64,000 nucleotides of DNA from a virus. Of this stretch, positions 48,443 to 58,247 are shown piece by piece. Location of the stretch: positions 16,265 through 80,264 of IMG/VR virus record IMGVR_UViG_3300047409_000726. One strand, 5' to 3'. The notes beneath the pieces were generated by a model. It worked only from the letters and a program-made list of their open reading frames with translations. It did not search any database and had not been told where the DNA came from. Made by a program: the position numbers and the translations under genes. Position 1 is the stretch's first letter. Every line of letters begins with the position of its first letter.

Positions 48443-50082
48443 TCCAGGACAAGCCTGCGCCGAACGTTCAGACGGATGTGCGTCCTCATCCTGGTGGCAA
48501 GAAGGGCGCGAAACTTTCGCTCGAGGAGGTCGGCAAGCGCGCATGGGCCGCGCGCATGAGCCCGAGGCTTCGTGCGTGGGCGACGCAGGTGCTCGACAAG
48601 GCCGGCGTTTCGCGCGGCACGCGAAGGCAAAAAGCAAAAGCGATCCTCGATGAGTATCGCGCGAAAGTTCCGTACATCGCCGATCCAGTGATGGGCGAGT
48701 TCATCGCGCATCCGGACCAAACACTCTGTCTCGACGAAGCGGGGCTCTGCATCGTGGGCGGCGACTGTTTTCCGGAGGGGACGTTGCTACTGCGGGACGA
48801 TTTCGAATTCGTACCGATCGAGCAGATCAAAAAAGGAGATCGCATCTGGGGGAAGGACAAATGGTCGATCGTCACCGAAAAATGGGCGAAAGGTAAGTTG
48901 CCCGTCGACGCCATCGAACTGTCCACCGGATCGACGATGTATCTGACGCACAATCACAAAGTCTACGTGGGCGCGTGTGAACACGGACGAGGATGCAATT
49001 TGGATCGGTGTTCATACGCCAACAAGCGGAACGTGTTCGATAGAATTTACGTTGAAGACCTGCGCGAAGAAGACGTGCTGCTTCAACCGGAACGCATTTC
49101 GTTCGGCGTCCAAGAAACAGATCCAGACCGCATGTATGTGGAAGCGCTCGCCCTGGCCGACGGTTGGACGAAAGCCAGCAAAAATCCGGATCTGCCTCAC
49201 ATTTGTTTCTACGTCGCGGGCCGAGACGGAATGCGCAAAGAGGCGCAAAAACACGAAGTCGTCAAAATCTGCGAACGATTGGGGATCGAGACGTTGTGGC
49301 ATCCACGATACGTCGTCGTGAAAGATCGAGAGTGGGCGTCGAAAATCGCGGAACTAGGGTCTCGAGCGCGGTTCAAACACCTAGAGACGATCAATTTGAA
49401 CGAGCCTGCGGCCAAAGCTGCGTTGCGCGGCCTAATGGCCGACAGCACGGCGAACACTTCCGGAAGTGCGCGCACGTACTCAACGACTAGCCGAATGATG
49501 ATGCTTCAGGTGCGCGTGCTTCATCGAATGTTCGGCAAGATGACGAGCGTCCGTATGTTGACCCCGGAACAACACGGAGGCGCGGGGAAATTTCCGCTTT
49601 GGCGCGTCGGACAACGAGAAAAGCAAGGACTCTCTGTTGTGGTCCGTTCGATCGAAAGAGCTGTGCGAGAAGTTCCGTGCTGGGACATCTCCACGGATGA
49701 TCACTACATCTACTTGCCTGAACACGACGTAACGGTTTCGAATTGCGACGACGCCGCAGTTACGATTTCGGCGGCAGTGATGTCGATCGGAATTCCTGCG
49801 AAGATCGTAGGGAGCTCGCACCGACCGCCCGCCGACGTGCCGACGCACGTGTACATGGCGTTCGAAGATGATCTCGGTGAGTGGGTTCGCATGGACGGGA
49901 CGACGCGGCTTCCTGTCGGAAAGGCGCCACCGAGACTCCGCGAGTGGTGGATCGAGCCAGGCAAAGACGCGAAAGCGAAAGGCGAAGGGGACTTCGTCGG
50001 GATGAGTGGCACGCTCGAGGGACCGTCATCACGGCACGCGACGATTCGCCTTGCCGATCTGCTCTATCCGACGATTCGCTAG
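48439..50082 (+). CDS. Transglutaminase-like cysteine protease interrupted by an intein
   Basis: Spliced GGD-CDD, HVY and RMDGT form a Cys-His-Asp triad. Confidence 0.82.
   Translation: MIQDKPAPNVQTDVRPHPGGKKGAKLSLEEVGKRAWAARMSPRLRAWATQVLDKAGVSRGTRRQKAKAILDEYRAKVPYIADPVMGEFIAHPDQTLCLDEAGLCIVGGDCFPEGTLLLRDDFEFVPIEQIKKGDRIWGKDKWSIVTEKWAKGKLPVDAIELSTGSTMYLTHNHKVYVGACEHGRGCNLDRCSYANKRNVFDRIYVEDLREEDVLLQPERISFGVQETDPDRMYVEALALADGWTKASKNPDLPHICFYVAGRDGMRKEAQKHEVVKICERLGIETLWHPRYVVVKDREWASKIAELGSRARFKHLETINLNEPAAKAALRGLMADSTANTSGSARTYSTTSRMMMLQVRVLHRMFGKMTSVRMLTPEQHGGAGKFPLWRVGQREKQGLSVVVRSIERAVREVPCWDISTDDHYIYLPEHDVTVSNCDDAAVTISAAVMSIGIPAKIVGSSHRPPADVPTHVYMAFEDDLGEWVRMDGTTRLPVGKAPPRLREWWIEPGKDAKAKGEGDFVGMSGTLEGPSSRHATIRLADLLYPTIR
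48766..49743 (+). mobile_element. Intein (326 aa) with degenerate LAGLIDADG domain
   Basis: Begins CFPEGT; block B LTHNHKV; LALADG and LRGLMAD; block F CWDIST; ends VSN before Cys. Confidence 0.88.
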
Positions 50083-50338
50083 TGACCGAAAGTGCACCTG
50101 TGGGGTGCCCCGACGGTGGCCCGTGCATGTTAGCGATCACGTGACTCGACACCGTGCGCGAATGCGCTGATCGTCGCTTCATGGATCTCAGCTAACTGAT
50201 TGGTTTGGTTACCGTTTCATATTGCGCGACCGATCACACGTCAGAGGAGCGCGCGGCAACATAACCACTCGCTCGCGCGAGTCCACTTTTCGTTTTCTTG
50301 ACCTGCCAAACGCGCATTGAAACTCTTGAGAGCGCACC

Positions 50339-52030
50339 GTGGGTCTTTATGACGATCGATTGGCCGACCTCAGTGAAGCGCGACGAAACACGTCGCGTGT
50401 CCGTCGATCGATCTTTCCGAGACCTTTCACGCGCCCCGCGCCGGTCGCCGCTCCAAAAAAGCGAAAGCCGAAGAAGCCTCCTACGAAGGTGCAGACGCTC
50501 CTCTTCAGCCGCAGCGCAGGTTGGACGGCGAGCAAAGCCAAGGCGTGGGCAAAGTCCCACGGCTACAAGTACGGGAAGGTGCACGTCACCGACCAGTACA
50601 TCCGCATTCGTCAATTCAGCCCGAAAGGGAAAGCGACGATGCGGACCATCCCGTTCGGTACGAAAGGCATCCGTGCCGTAGTTGCACGAGAAAGTACGAG
50701 CACAAGAGGTCCCATGGCACGAACTGTTCAAGCACGTAGGCGTCGGCGTCGGAAGGTCAAAGCAGAGGCACCGAAGCGTAGGCGACGGCGTCGGGCGAGC
50801 TCGCGCAAGCGCACGAGCCGTCGTAGGCGTCGGCGTGCAGTGAAGGTCGAAGCGAAGAGGACTCGTCGGCGTCGTCGTGTCGCCGCCGTCGCGGCTCCGC
50901 GTCGCAGGCGTCGCCGTCGCGTGTCGGCGTGGCGTCGCGACAAGGAAGGCCACTCGAAGGCGGCCCGCAAGGGTTGGCGTCGGCGCAAGAAGAGCTCGAC
51001 TCGTCGGCGTCGCCGTCGGGTGCGCGCAGCCGTGGCCGAGGCGCCGCGTAGGCGAAGGCGTCGCCGTGTCGCGGCAGCAGTCGCTACTCCGCGCAGGCGT
51101 CGTCGACGTCGGATGCACGCGGCTCCCGTGATGCAAGCGCGTCGGCGTCGGCACCACATGCGTGCGAGCGGTCCCGGAATGAGCGGCGGCGAGCTCGCGC
51201 TCGGCGTGCTCTTCGGCGGCGTCGGCTTCGCCGCTGCGGACGCACTCGATCGCTTCCTCGCGACGTACGACCCGTCGGCCGCCGAACGTCCGAAGGACAA
51301 GTTCACGTCGGACGGCACGGGAACTTTGGCGAATACTCTGAACGTTGCGAATCGTCCGGGCCTAGTCCGTCTCGGAGCCGGCATCGGCGTGACCGCGGTT
51401 CCCGCGATCTCGTCGATGTACATCCGGCACGCGGGACTCAGGAGTTCGCTCCAGGGCATGTCGATCGGTGCAGGCGTCAGCCTGTTCAAGTCGATCTGGA
51501 ACAACTTCCTGATGCCGATGCTCATCGGCAAGGATACGTCGCCGACGACTTTGCAGAAGTCGTACATCGCACGGCTCTACCCGGCCGAGGTTGCTGCATC
51601 GATCAACATGCGTGCAATCGACGCAGCGAAGAAGGCAGGGCAGACGCCAGCGATGAACGTGTCCTCGGGATCTTCGGGTCTCTCGGGTCCGGACGTCGGT
51701 CCGCACGCGCTCTCGGGCGACAGCCCGTACCCCGACGCGGTGCAATCGCTTCGTCGGCGCGCGGGCGTCAGCGACGAGATGTACCCCGACGCGGCATCGG
51801 AGCTTCGGCGCAGGACCGGCATGAGCGGCCCGTCGAGCTACCCGGACGCGGCGGACGTGCTCCGTCGTCGTGCGGGCGTCGGATACGAACCCGCGGGTCC
51901 GCCCGAAGGCGGCACCGGGCCGCAGGCGGAACCCCACAAGGATCCCGCGTGCGGCTGCGTCGGAACTCCCGGCGCTCGGTACGCGATGTTCCTTGGCGAC
52001 GACATGAGCGAGTCAGACAACACCGGCTGA
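50339..52030 (+). CDS. Arg-rich, protamine-like putative core protein with TM segments
   Basis: Many R5-R7 runs, hydrophobic helices, three YPDA...LRRR.G repeats. Confidence 0.72.
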   Translation: MGLYDDRLADLSEARRNTSRVRRSIFPRPFTRPAPVAAPKKRKPKKPPTKVQTLLFSRSAGWTASKAKAWAKSHGYKYGKVHVTDQYIRIRQFSPKGKATMRTIPFGTKGIRAVVARESTSTRGPMARTVQARRRRRRKVKAEAPKRRRRRRASSRKRTSRRRRRRAVKVEAKRTRRRRRVAAVAAPRRRRRRRVSAWRRDKEGHSKAARKGWRRRKKSSTRRRRRRVRAAVAEAPRRRRRRRVAAAVATPRRRRRRRMHAAPVMQARRRRHHMRASGPGMSGGELALGVLFGGVGFAAADALDRFLATYDPSAAERPKDKFTSDGTGTLANTLNVANRPGLVRLGAGIGVTAVPAISSMYIRHAGLRSSLQGMSIGAGVSLFKSIWNNFLMPMLIGKDTSPTTLQKSYIARLYPAEVAASINMRAIDAAKKAGQTPAMNVSSGSSGLSGPDVGPHALSGDSPYPDAVQSLRRRAGVSDEMYPDAASELRRRTGMSGPSSYPDAADVLRRRAGVGYEPAGPPEGGTGPQAEPHKDPACGCVGTPGARYAMFLGDDMSESDNTG

Positions 52031-52144
52031 GCACCACAGCCGTACACCTCGCCCCGGTAGGCTTCGAGCCCCGGGGTTGAGGTGTCAGAAGGTTCCGCGT
52101 CGGCCCAATGAAACCGGTGGAACTACACAGGAGAAAAGTTTTCC

Positions 52145-53431
52145 ATGGCCAAGCAAGCAAGAGACAAGAGAAGCATTCTCGGGCGCAAGATTCACGCTTT
52201 CGAACGAGACAACCGGTACGCACGTCTGCCATTCGGTCGCGGTGTCGATCCGACCACCATCGGTGTCGGTGAAGCAATCGGACTCGCCGAGAAGTGCATT
52301 CGATGCAGCTTCGGCAACATCCCCGTGATCGAAGAGGTCGTGTGGACGATCCCCATCCCGCTCACGGCGGAAGAGGCGCTCTCGACCCTCGGTGACGTGA
52401 TCAACCTGCTCTCGGGTTCCTCGAGCGTCCCCGGCGTCGCGTCGATCGACTCGACGTTCCTCATCAACGGCATCCTCCAGACGGACATCCTCGCGCAAGG
52501 CGTGGGCGTGCACGTGTTCTGCGAGCCGCTGTCGTTCTCGACGATCGGCAACGCCTTCACGGCGCCTGCCACGACCGTCGCGCCGCCCCCGAGCCCGGAC
52601 GTCTTCACGACGAACGATCTCGCGAACGGTGCGTTCCCGGATACGGTCGAAGTGGACGGTTCGAACTTCACCCCGGCGGTGTTCGAGTTCGGCGGCCCGG
52701 TGTGGCGCGCGGGCTGGAACTTCATCAACGCCTACCAGTTCCAGTGGAAGACCTCGCAGCGTGAACTCGTGCTGAACGAGCTCGCGGCGGACGTCAGCTA
52801 CTTCGGCTCCTTCGCGGACGCCGAAGCGGCGGGCACGAGCGAGGTTCCCGTCATCGAGTTCGTCGCTCAGGTCAATGCGACCTACCGCTCGAAGGGCTCC
52901 GGGACGATCTTCCTCCCGGCGAACTTCCGCCGCGTGGGAAGCGTTACCACCGCAAGCGTAACCGCAAACATCGGCATCTTCCACCCGACGCGCGATTTCG
53001 ATCTCGCGCCGGTGACCTGGGGCGGTCTCAGGTGGCAGGGCTACGGTTGCCGCGGTCAGATGTACCGCCCGATCGAGAGCCCGTGCTTCCTCGAGCGCGG
53101 CATCCCCATCGGCATGTTCTTCCAGGTGCAAGACGCCGTGCACCAGGCGCTCATGCTCGAAGCCGTCACGATCAACAACGAGCCTCTCGGCACGAACGTC
53201 AGCATCGACGAGAACCTCTCGACCACGACTGGCGGCGGCGCCCAGGTCATGGCCGAGCAGACACTCGACACGGTTCCGCTACTCGCGCCGCAAACCGTCA
53301 ACACCGAGCGTCAGACCTTCAAGGGCGGCATCTTGAAGATCGGCATCAAGATCAAGGGCTGGGAAATGCCCGGCGGCTGGAAGGCGTTCTGCGCCGACAA
53401 CCTGCCGCAGCTCGTTTCGAAGTCTGCCTGA
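52145..53431 (+). CDS. Candidate major capsid protein
   Basis: 428 aa, beta-rich, strongly G/C-ending codons, follows the core protein, flanked by hairpins; no HK97 motifs seen. Confidence 0.55.
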   Translation: MAKQARDKRSILGRKIHAFERDNRYARLPFGRGVDPTTIGVGEAIGLAEKCIRCSFGNIPVIEEVVWTIPIPLTAEEALSTLGDVINLLSGSSSVPGVASIDSTFLINGILQTDILAQGVGVHVFCEPLSFSTIGNAFTAPATTVAPPPSPDVFTTNDLANGAFPDTVEVDGSNFTPAVFEFGGPVWRAGWNFINAYQFQWKTSQRELVLNELAADVSYFGSFADAEAAGTSEVPVIEFVAQVNATYRSKGSGTIFLPANFRRVGSVTTASVTANIGIFHPTRDFDLAPVTWGGLRWQGYGCRGQMYRPIESPCFLERGIPIGMFFQVQDAVHQALMLEAVTINNEPLGTNVSIDENLSTTTGGGAQVMAEQTLDTVPLLAPQTVNTERQTFKGGILKIGIKIKGWEMPGGWKAFCADNLPQLVSKSA

Positions 53432-53457
53432 TCGAAAAAACGGTCGGTGTAAAGCAG

Positions 53458-53502
53458 CCAGCGGCGTGGCGAAACCAAACGCCGCGCCGCTGGTCGCGTT
53501 TT
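53458..53502 (+). terminator. GC-rich hairpin after the capsid candidate
   Basis: ccagcggcgtggcg / cgccgcgccgctgg, with tttt shortly after. Confidence 0.55.
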
Positions 53503-53531
53503 AGGCGAACGAATTTAGGAGAAACGAGCCA

Positions 53532-54137
53532 ATGCAACCGAAGGATCAACAAATCCACAATTTGGCTTTGTACGCGCCCCGGGTAGCTTACGCCATGATG
53601 ATCGGCGTACCCCGCGTGCCGTTCATCGCGGACATCCCGATCCAGTTCTCGTCATCGACGGTGAACGCGCCGCCGGTGGTGCAGAGCTTCGACAACAACC
53701 TCACCCAGGACACGCTGATCGAGCGAGTCTCGTTCAACCTGTTCCAGCAGAACAGCTTCCCGGGAAGCCCCTTCCAGCCTCTCTACTTCAACCAGTTGAA
53801 GCAAAGCGGGCAGACCGGCGTCGGCATCAACATGCAGGTCTACGGAGGCCCGAAGTACGCCGTCAACGACAACTTCACCGACCTCGGAAACCTCATCGAC
53901 GTGTTCGCTGCGACGTGGCCACAGGGATGGCCGCTCTACCGTCAGTCGAACGTGAAGGTCTCCGCGATCCTCACGCAAACACCGGTGAGCGTGCCGTACA
54001 ACATCCTCATCACGTTCATGGGATTCCAGTTCCTAGACAAAACGATAGACGATCTCTCGGACGCCGACGCGCGAGCCAACCTGCGAAAACTCGGCATCAG
54101 CACACCGGATCTCAGCGTGCTTCTCCCGCAGGCTTGA
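53532..54137 (+). CDS. Putative virion protein (minor capsid/penton candidate)
   Basis: RBS AGGAG; beta-rich 201 aa. Confidence 0.5.
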   Translation: MQPKDQQIHNLALYAPRVAYAMMIGVPRVPFIADIPIQFSSSTVNAPPVVQSFDNNLTQDTLIERVSFNLFQQNSFPGSPFQPLYFNQLKQSGQTGVGINMQVYGGPKYAVNDNFTDLGNLIDVFAATWPQGWPLYRQSNVKVSAILTQTPVSVPYNILITFMGFQFLDKTIDDLSDADARANLRKLGISTPDLSVLLPQA

Positions 54138-54150
54138 TCCGCACCACAAA

Positions 54151-55047
54151 ATGGGCGCCAAAACCGACAACGTAATCCGACTCCAAAAACACCCAGACGG
54201 TGTCGCGGCTGGGGTGCGTTCGGTTCTGAACTCGGGTCGATACGAGCTCGTTACAGGAGGGCCGAACGCCGAGTTCGGTTTCATCGGGAGCGACCCTTAC
54301 GAGACCAACTCCGGAACCGGTCTCATCGTCCCCGCGACGCCCAGCGCCTGGATCGACAACGCCCGCTACCTCCTGGTGCTCGCTCGGGCTCGATTCGGTC
54401 ACGGTGAGCAGAGCTCGGACAAGTGCGGCGTGCGCCTCGTCGGCATTCGACAGTACGCCGAGCTCATCGCACGGATCCCTGCGCGTACGTGCCCGCCGCT
54501 GAACACCGAAGTGGGCCCCGCTACCGGTGCGACCGTCGTTTTCCGCAAAGAGATCACGAGCCCGCTCTGGCACTTTCCAGACGGTGACATCTCCTGGCAC
54601 GTGATGGTCGTGAACCGCGTGCAGCGCGACACGCGAAACCCGGCGAACAACGACGGCTTCATTTACCAAGACGCGATCTCGCCGGCACTCCTCTACCAAG
54701 TCGCGGCGCCGTACTCGCCCCCGAACGGCGGGCGTCCTTGGGGGCGTCCCATCGGCGCGTCGCTCGGCAACATGCACGATCTTCGCTACCCGTGGCGCAC
54801 CCCGCGGAGTGAGCGAGTACTCGACATCCCGATCCCCGCGCCGTGCGATGTCATCTTTTTCGCGAGCGTTCGCCAGAACGATCCGCGGGCGACGAATCCG
54901 ACGCTTTGCGACACCGTCGACTGCTCGGCACTCACAGCGCTCGGTCCCGAAGATCAGTTCATGGTCGCGTACAACGAGTTCGCTCAGTACGGCGCCGTCG
55001 CGGGGGCACTCGTGTTCGACGAGAACCTGGGAGAGGACGTGCCATGA
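54151..55047 (+). CDS. Putative virion protein
   Basis: 298-aa ORF in the structural operon. Confidence 0.5.
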   Translation: MGAKTDNVIRLQKHPDGVAAGVRSVLNSGRYELVTGGPNAEFGFIGSDPYETNSGTGLIVPATPSAWIDNARYLLVLARARFGHGEQSSDKCGVRLVGIRQYAELIARIPARTCPPLNTEVGPATGATVVFRKEITSPLWHFPDGDISWHVMVVNRVQRDTRNPANNDGFIYQDAISPALLYQVAAPYSPPNGGRPWGRPIGASLGNMHDLRYPWRTPRSERVLDIPIPAPCDVIFFASVRQNDPRATNPTLCDTVDCSALTALGPEDQFMVAYNEFAQYGAVAGALVFDENLGEDVP

Positions 55048-55286
55048 GCACGCGCCTCGGAGTAGGGCTGGCGGCTGGACTCGGTTGCGCCGCGGGGGGT
55101 GTGATCGGCATTGTTGCCGGCCCCGCTATCTCGCCGAATATGACCAAGGACGATGCCGCGATCGCCGCGGGAGCGATCGGCGCAATTCTCGGCTCCGTGA
55201 TCCTGGCGACGGTGGCGGCGAGCGATCCGCCGAAGCAGATACAGACCGGCGTGAGCGGTGCGTTTCACAACCCGGAGTTCCCATGA
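55044..55286 (+). CDS. Small two-TM glycine-zipper protein
   Basis: Ends GVSGAFHNPEFP. Confidence 0.6.
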   Translation: MSTRLGVGLAAGLGCAAGGVIGIVAGPAISPNMTKDDAAIAAGAIGAILGSVILATVAASDPPKQIQTGVSGAFHNPEFP

Positions 55287-55525
55287 TCAACAACGGCCTC
55301 ACCATGATCGCGCTCGCCGGCATCGGCGGCATGATTCCTGGTGCCATCGGCGCGGCCGCCGCCGAAGGAAATCACCCGGTGCTGAGAGGCGCTCTCGTGA
55401 CGGGGATCGCCAACGTTGTTTTGACCGGTCTCTACATCGTTGCGGTCAACACCGCAGACCAGGAGCGGCTCACACAAGGGATGAACGGTCTCTCAGGCGC
55501 TCTCCACAACCCGAGGTTTCCATGA
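55283..55525 (+). CDS. Small two-TM protein, paralog of the previous gene
   Basis: Ends GLSGALHNPRFP. Confidence 0.6.
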   Translation: MINNGLTMIALAGIGGMIPGAIGAAAAEGNHPVLRGALVTGIANVVLTGLYIVAVNTADQERLTQGMNGLSGALHNPRFP

Positions 55526-55944
55526 TGGCACTAGCCTTCAATGGATTTTCTCTCGGAGAAGATCAGCAAACGTTTCAGGCCGGCGATGTTTGGGTGATTG
55601 ATGTCACGTCCGACAAGCCCGTCACGCCTGAGCAATTTTTCGCTTTTGTCGCGAAGGTTCAGCCCAAAGCGAGTATGCCGATCAAAGTCTTGTCGTTCAT
55701 GCCGATCGATCAGACTCACTTTCAAGCGGTCGTGCAGATGCAATCGACAGGATCTTTCAAAGGCGCCGGTCACACGGATATGGTCGATGGTGTTGTGTTC
55801 ACTGTCACGTCTGCGCACCCGCAATCGGAGACAAGCAAAGGTCTTTCAACCGGCGCAATAGCCGGAATCGTCGCCGCAGGTGCAGCCGCTTTTGGCGGCA
55901 TCGTCTACCTCGCAACTCGCAAACCTAGGAGACGACATCCATGA
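55522..55944 (+). CDS. Protein with STG-TM-YLATR-basic C-terminus
   Basis: LSTGAIAGIVAAGAAAFGGIVYLATRKPRRR. Confidence 0.65.
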   Translation: MMALAFNGFSLGEDQQTFQAGDVWVIDVTSDKPVTPEQFFAFVAKVQPKASMPIKVLSFMPIDQTHFQAVVQMQSTGSFKGAGHTDMVDGVVFTVTSAHPQSETSKGLSTGAIAGIVAAGAAAFGGIVYLATRKPRRRHP

Positions 55945-56660
55945 CCCCAGCGCAAGCAAGCGGACACCCGAATTTCGTCACGGACGTTCCTGTTCAAGGT
56001 CCGGTCGACGAAGGCATGCGCGCGGCGGATTGTTTTCACGCTCAACGAAAGCTACCGGCGCAGCCCGCGTGCGTCGATTGCAAAGGACCAATTCCAATGT
56101 GGGCTCAGCATTCACTCTCGGCAACTTCATCCGGCGCACGCGGCCCCTACTCCGGGATCGGCGAGCGACTCTCGTTCGGCACCGCGGGTGTGAAAGGCTT
56201 CGCTCTCGAAGGCCCAGGCGATCCAGAAGTTTGGAGCCACCTCTCGGCGGCGCAACAGACGTGGATCGGGGACACGCTCTCGAAGCTGAACGGAATCATC
56301 GTGAAGGCCACCGGCACGACGTGCCCGACGTGGGCTCCCGCGATCGATCGCGCGAGCGGTTGCTTTCAGGGTTGGTTCAACGGCGCCAAGTTCGGATTCA
56401 CGAAGGCGAACGGCGCGCCGCTCGTGCTTCGTACCGACGGCGTGTTCGACCAAGACACGCTCGACGCGCTTCGCACCGTCGCAGCGCTGAACCCCAAGAA
56501 CTTTACGACGGCGTTCCCAGGGACCGAGCTACCTGGCACGGGCGTGACTCAGAAGAAGCTTTCCACCGGCGCAATAGCCGGCATCGCGACGGCCGGCGCC
56601 GCGGCGATCGGCACGGTCGCGTACCTCGCCACTCGCAAGAAGAGCCGGAGACGCCGCTAA
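55941..56660 (+). CDS. Peptidoglycan-binding-like protein with STG-TM-YLATR C-terminus
   Basis: LRTDGVFDQDTLDAL; LSTGAIAGIATAG...YLATRKKSRRRR. Confidence 0.65.
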   Translation: MTPAQASGHPNFVTDVPVQGPVDEGMRAADCFHAQRKLPAQPACVDCKGPIPMWAQHSLSATSSGARGPYSGIGERLSFGTAGVKGFALEGPGDPEVWSHLSAAQQTWIGDTLSKLNGIIVKATGTTCPTWAPAIDRASGCFQGWFNGAKFGFTKANGAPLVLRTDGVFDQDTLDALRTVAALNPKNFTTAFPGTELPGTGVTQKKLSTGAIAGIATAGAAAIGTVAYLATRKKSRRRR

Positions 56661-56687
56661 GACCGCAACTCGTAGGAGACGACGAAG

Positions 56688-58247
56688 ATGCTGTATCGAG
56701 TGAAAACCGGCGAGACCCCCGCGATCATCGCGCGCACGTACGGCGTGCCGTTCGATGCACTCATCAACGCCAACCCGAGGAAGCCAACGACCATCGTTTC
56801 CAACGGACGCGGCCCTGTCCGTACTTGGCGGGAGCTTTTGGTGAACGAGGAGATCATCGTTCCGGTTGGCGGACTCGTTGGCGCTCCCGCAGACGACGTC
56901 GTGAGCATTCTCGTTTCGGCGGGCGGTCCGTGTCTCAAAGCAAACGCGGGCTACGTCTGCCAGATCCAGAGCATCCTCGGGCTCAAGGTCGACGGAAAGT
57001 GGGGAAACGACACCGCGGCTGCGGTTCGCGCTCTCGTACCGGGCGCGCCAGGCGCGTGCTCTCCGACGCCGAGCTGGTGGGTGAGAGGTGTGAGCGCATG
57101 TCCCGCGGGCGCCGTCGCTCCGTCGCCCGCGCCTGCTCCGTCGTCCGGCCTCTCCTCGGCGGCAAACGCGGCGCTCGCTGCGCTCAACGCGGATTCGAAC
57201 TACTGCGCAAGCGTCTCGAGAGTCGGATCGGCCGTCAACAGCGCTATCCACAACTTCAAAGCGGCGTGGAACGCTTCGCATCCGTCAACTCCTGTTCCGA
57301 TCGGCACCGGCAAGTACGAGCCGTCCGTTGCAGATGCGCTCTCGACAGCGCTCGGCGGGCTTCCCGTGCCCCCCGGTTGCGGCGCCACGCCTGCGCCTTC
57401 GCCGACTCCGATCGTCACGCCAACACCGACGCCCGCTCCGCGCGGAGCCGTTCCGTCCGCCGTGCTCGCGCTCCTAGGAATCAATCCGTGCGATCCGTCA
57501 AGCGCATCGGACGTGTGCGCGGCTCAGCGCGCGCTCGGTGTGTCTCCAGACGGAAAGTACGGAGTGGACACGGCGACAGCCGCACGTCGAGTGCTCCCGG
57601 AAGCGCCCCCTGGGTGCTCGCCTCGCCCCTCGTGGTGGGCGCCAAAGGGCCAAACGAATTGCGGAGGCGCAGCCGTACCTCCGCCGCAACCGGCACCGAT
57701 CCCGCCGCCGGCTCCGACACCTGGGCCCGCGCCCACGCCGTCACCTACAGCAGCGGCCCCGGCAGCCGTCTTGATGCTCGCCACGATCAATCCCTGCTTG
57801 CAGGCGAACGTCGAAGTGGTCCGGAACGCGCAACGCGCGCTCGGTCTCACACCGGATGGCAAGTACGGAAACGATACGATGAGCGCCGCTCGCCGGCTCG
57901 GCGTGAGTGTGCCGGCGGCTTGTAGCCCCGCGCCCATGTGGTGGGGCGCGAAGGGTGTACCAGCGCCGCCCGGACCGCCGGCACCTGTTCCGGGTCCGAC
58001 GCCAGGCCCTTCTCCGGCACCGGGTCCGATCGTCCAGACAGAGAAGAAGATCTCGACTGGCGCAATCGTCGCGGGCGCGATCGGCGTCGCGGCGCTCGTC
58101 GGGCTTACCGTCGTCGCACTGTCCGGCAAGAAGAAGCATCACCGCCGTACGCGCAAAGGCGCGCACAGGCCGAAGCGGAAATCGCACGGGCATCACCACA
58201 AGCCGCATCACAAGGCCCATCGCAAATCGAAACGGAGAAGCAGATGA
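56688..58247 (+). CDS. LysM plus repeated peptidoglycan-binding domains, C-terminal TM and His/Lys/Arg tail
   Basis: YRVKTGETPAIIARTYG; Q..LG...DGK(W/Y)G.DT x3. Confidence 0.8.
   Translation: MLYRVKTGETPAIIARTYGVPFDALINANPRKPTTIVSNGRGPVRTWRELLVNEEIIVPVGGLVGAPADDVVSILVSAGGPCLKANAGYVCQIQSILGLKVDGKWGNDTAAAVRALVPGAPGACSPTPSWWVRGVSACPAGAVAPSPAPAPSSGLSSAANAALAALNADSNYCASVSRVGSAVNSAIHNFKAAWNASHPSTPVPIGTGKYEPSVADALSTALGGLPVPPGCGATPAPSPTPIVTPTPTPAPRGAVPSAVLALLGINPCDPSSASDVCAAQRALGVSPDGKYGVDTATAARRVLPEAPPGCSPRPSWWAPKGQTNCGGAAVPPPQPAPIPPPAPTPGPAPTPSPTAAAPAAVLMLATINPCLQANVEVVRNAQRALGLTPDGKYGNDTMSAARRLGVSVPAACSPAPMWWGAKGVPAPPGPPAPVPGPTPGPSPAPGPIVQTEKKISTGAIVAGAIGVAALVGLTVVALSGKKKHHRRTRKGAHRPKRKSHGHHHKPHHKAHRKSKRRSR

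Noticed and set aside
50083-50338. Possible ncRNA in the intergenic gap before the core gene
   Set aside because: Only short imperfect stems; no recognisable family or periodicity.
55880-57925. 681-aa alternative-frame ORF and similar long shadow ORFs (e.g. 50234..51157, 52085..53143)
   Set aside because: They overlap better-supported genes and are typical GC-rich frame artefacts.
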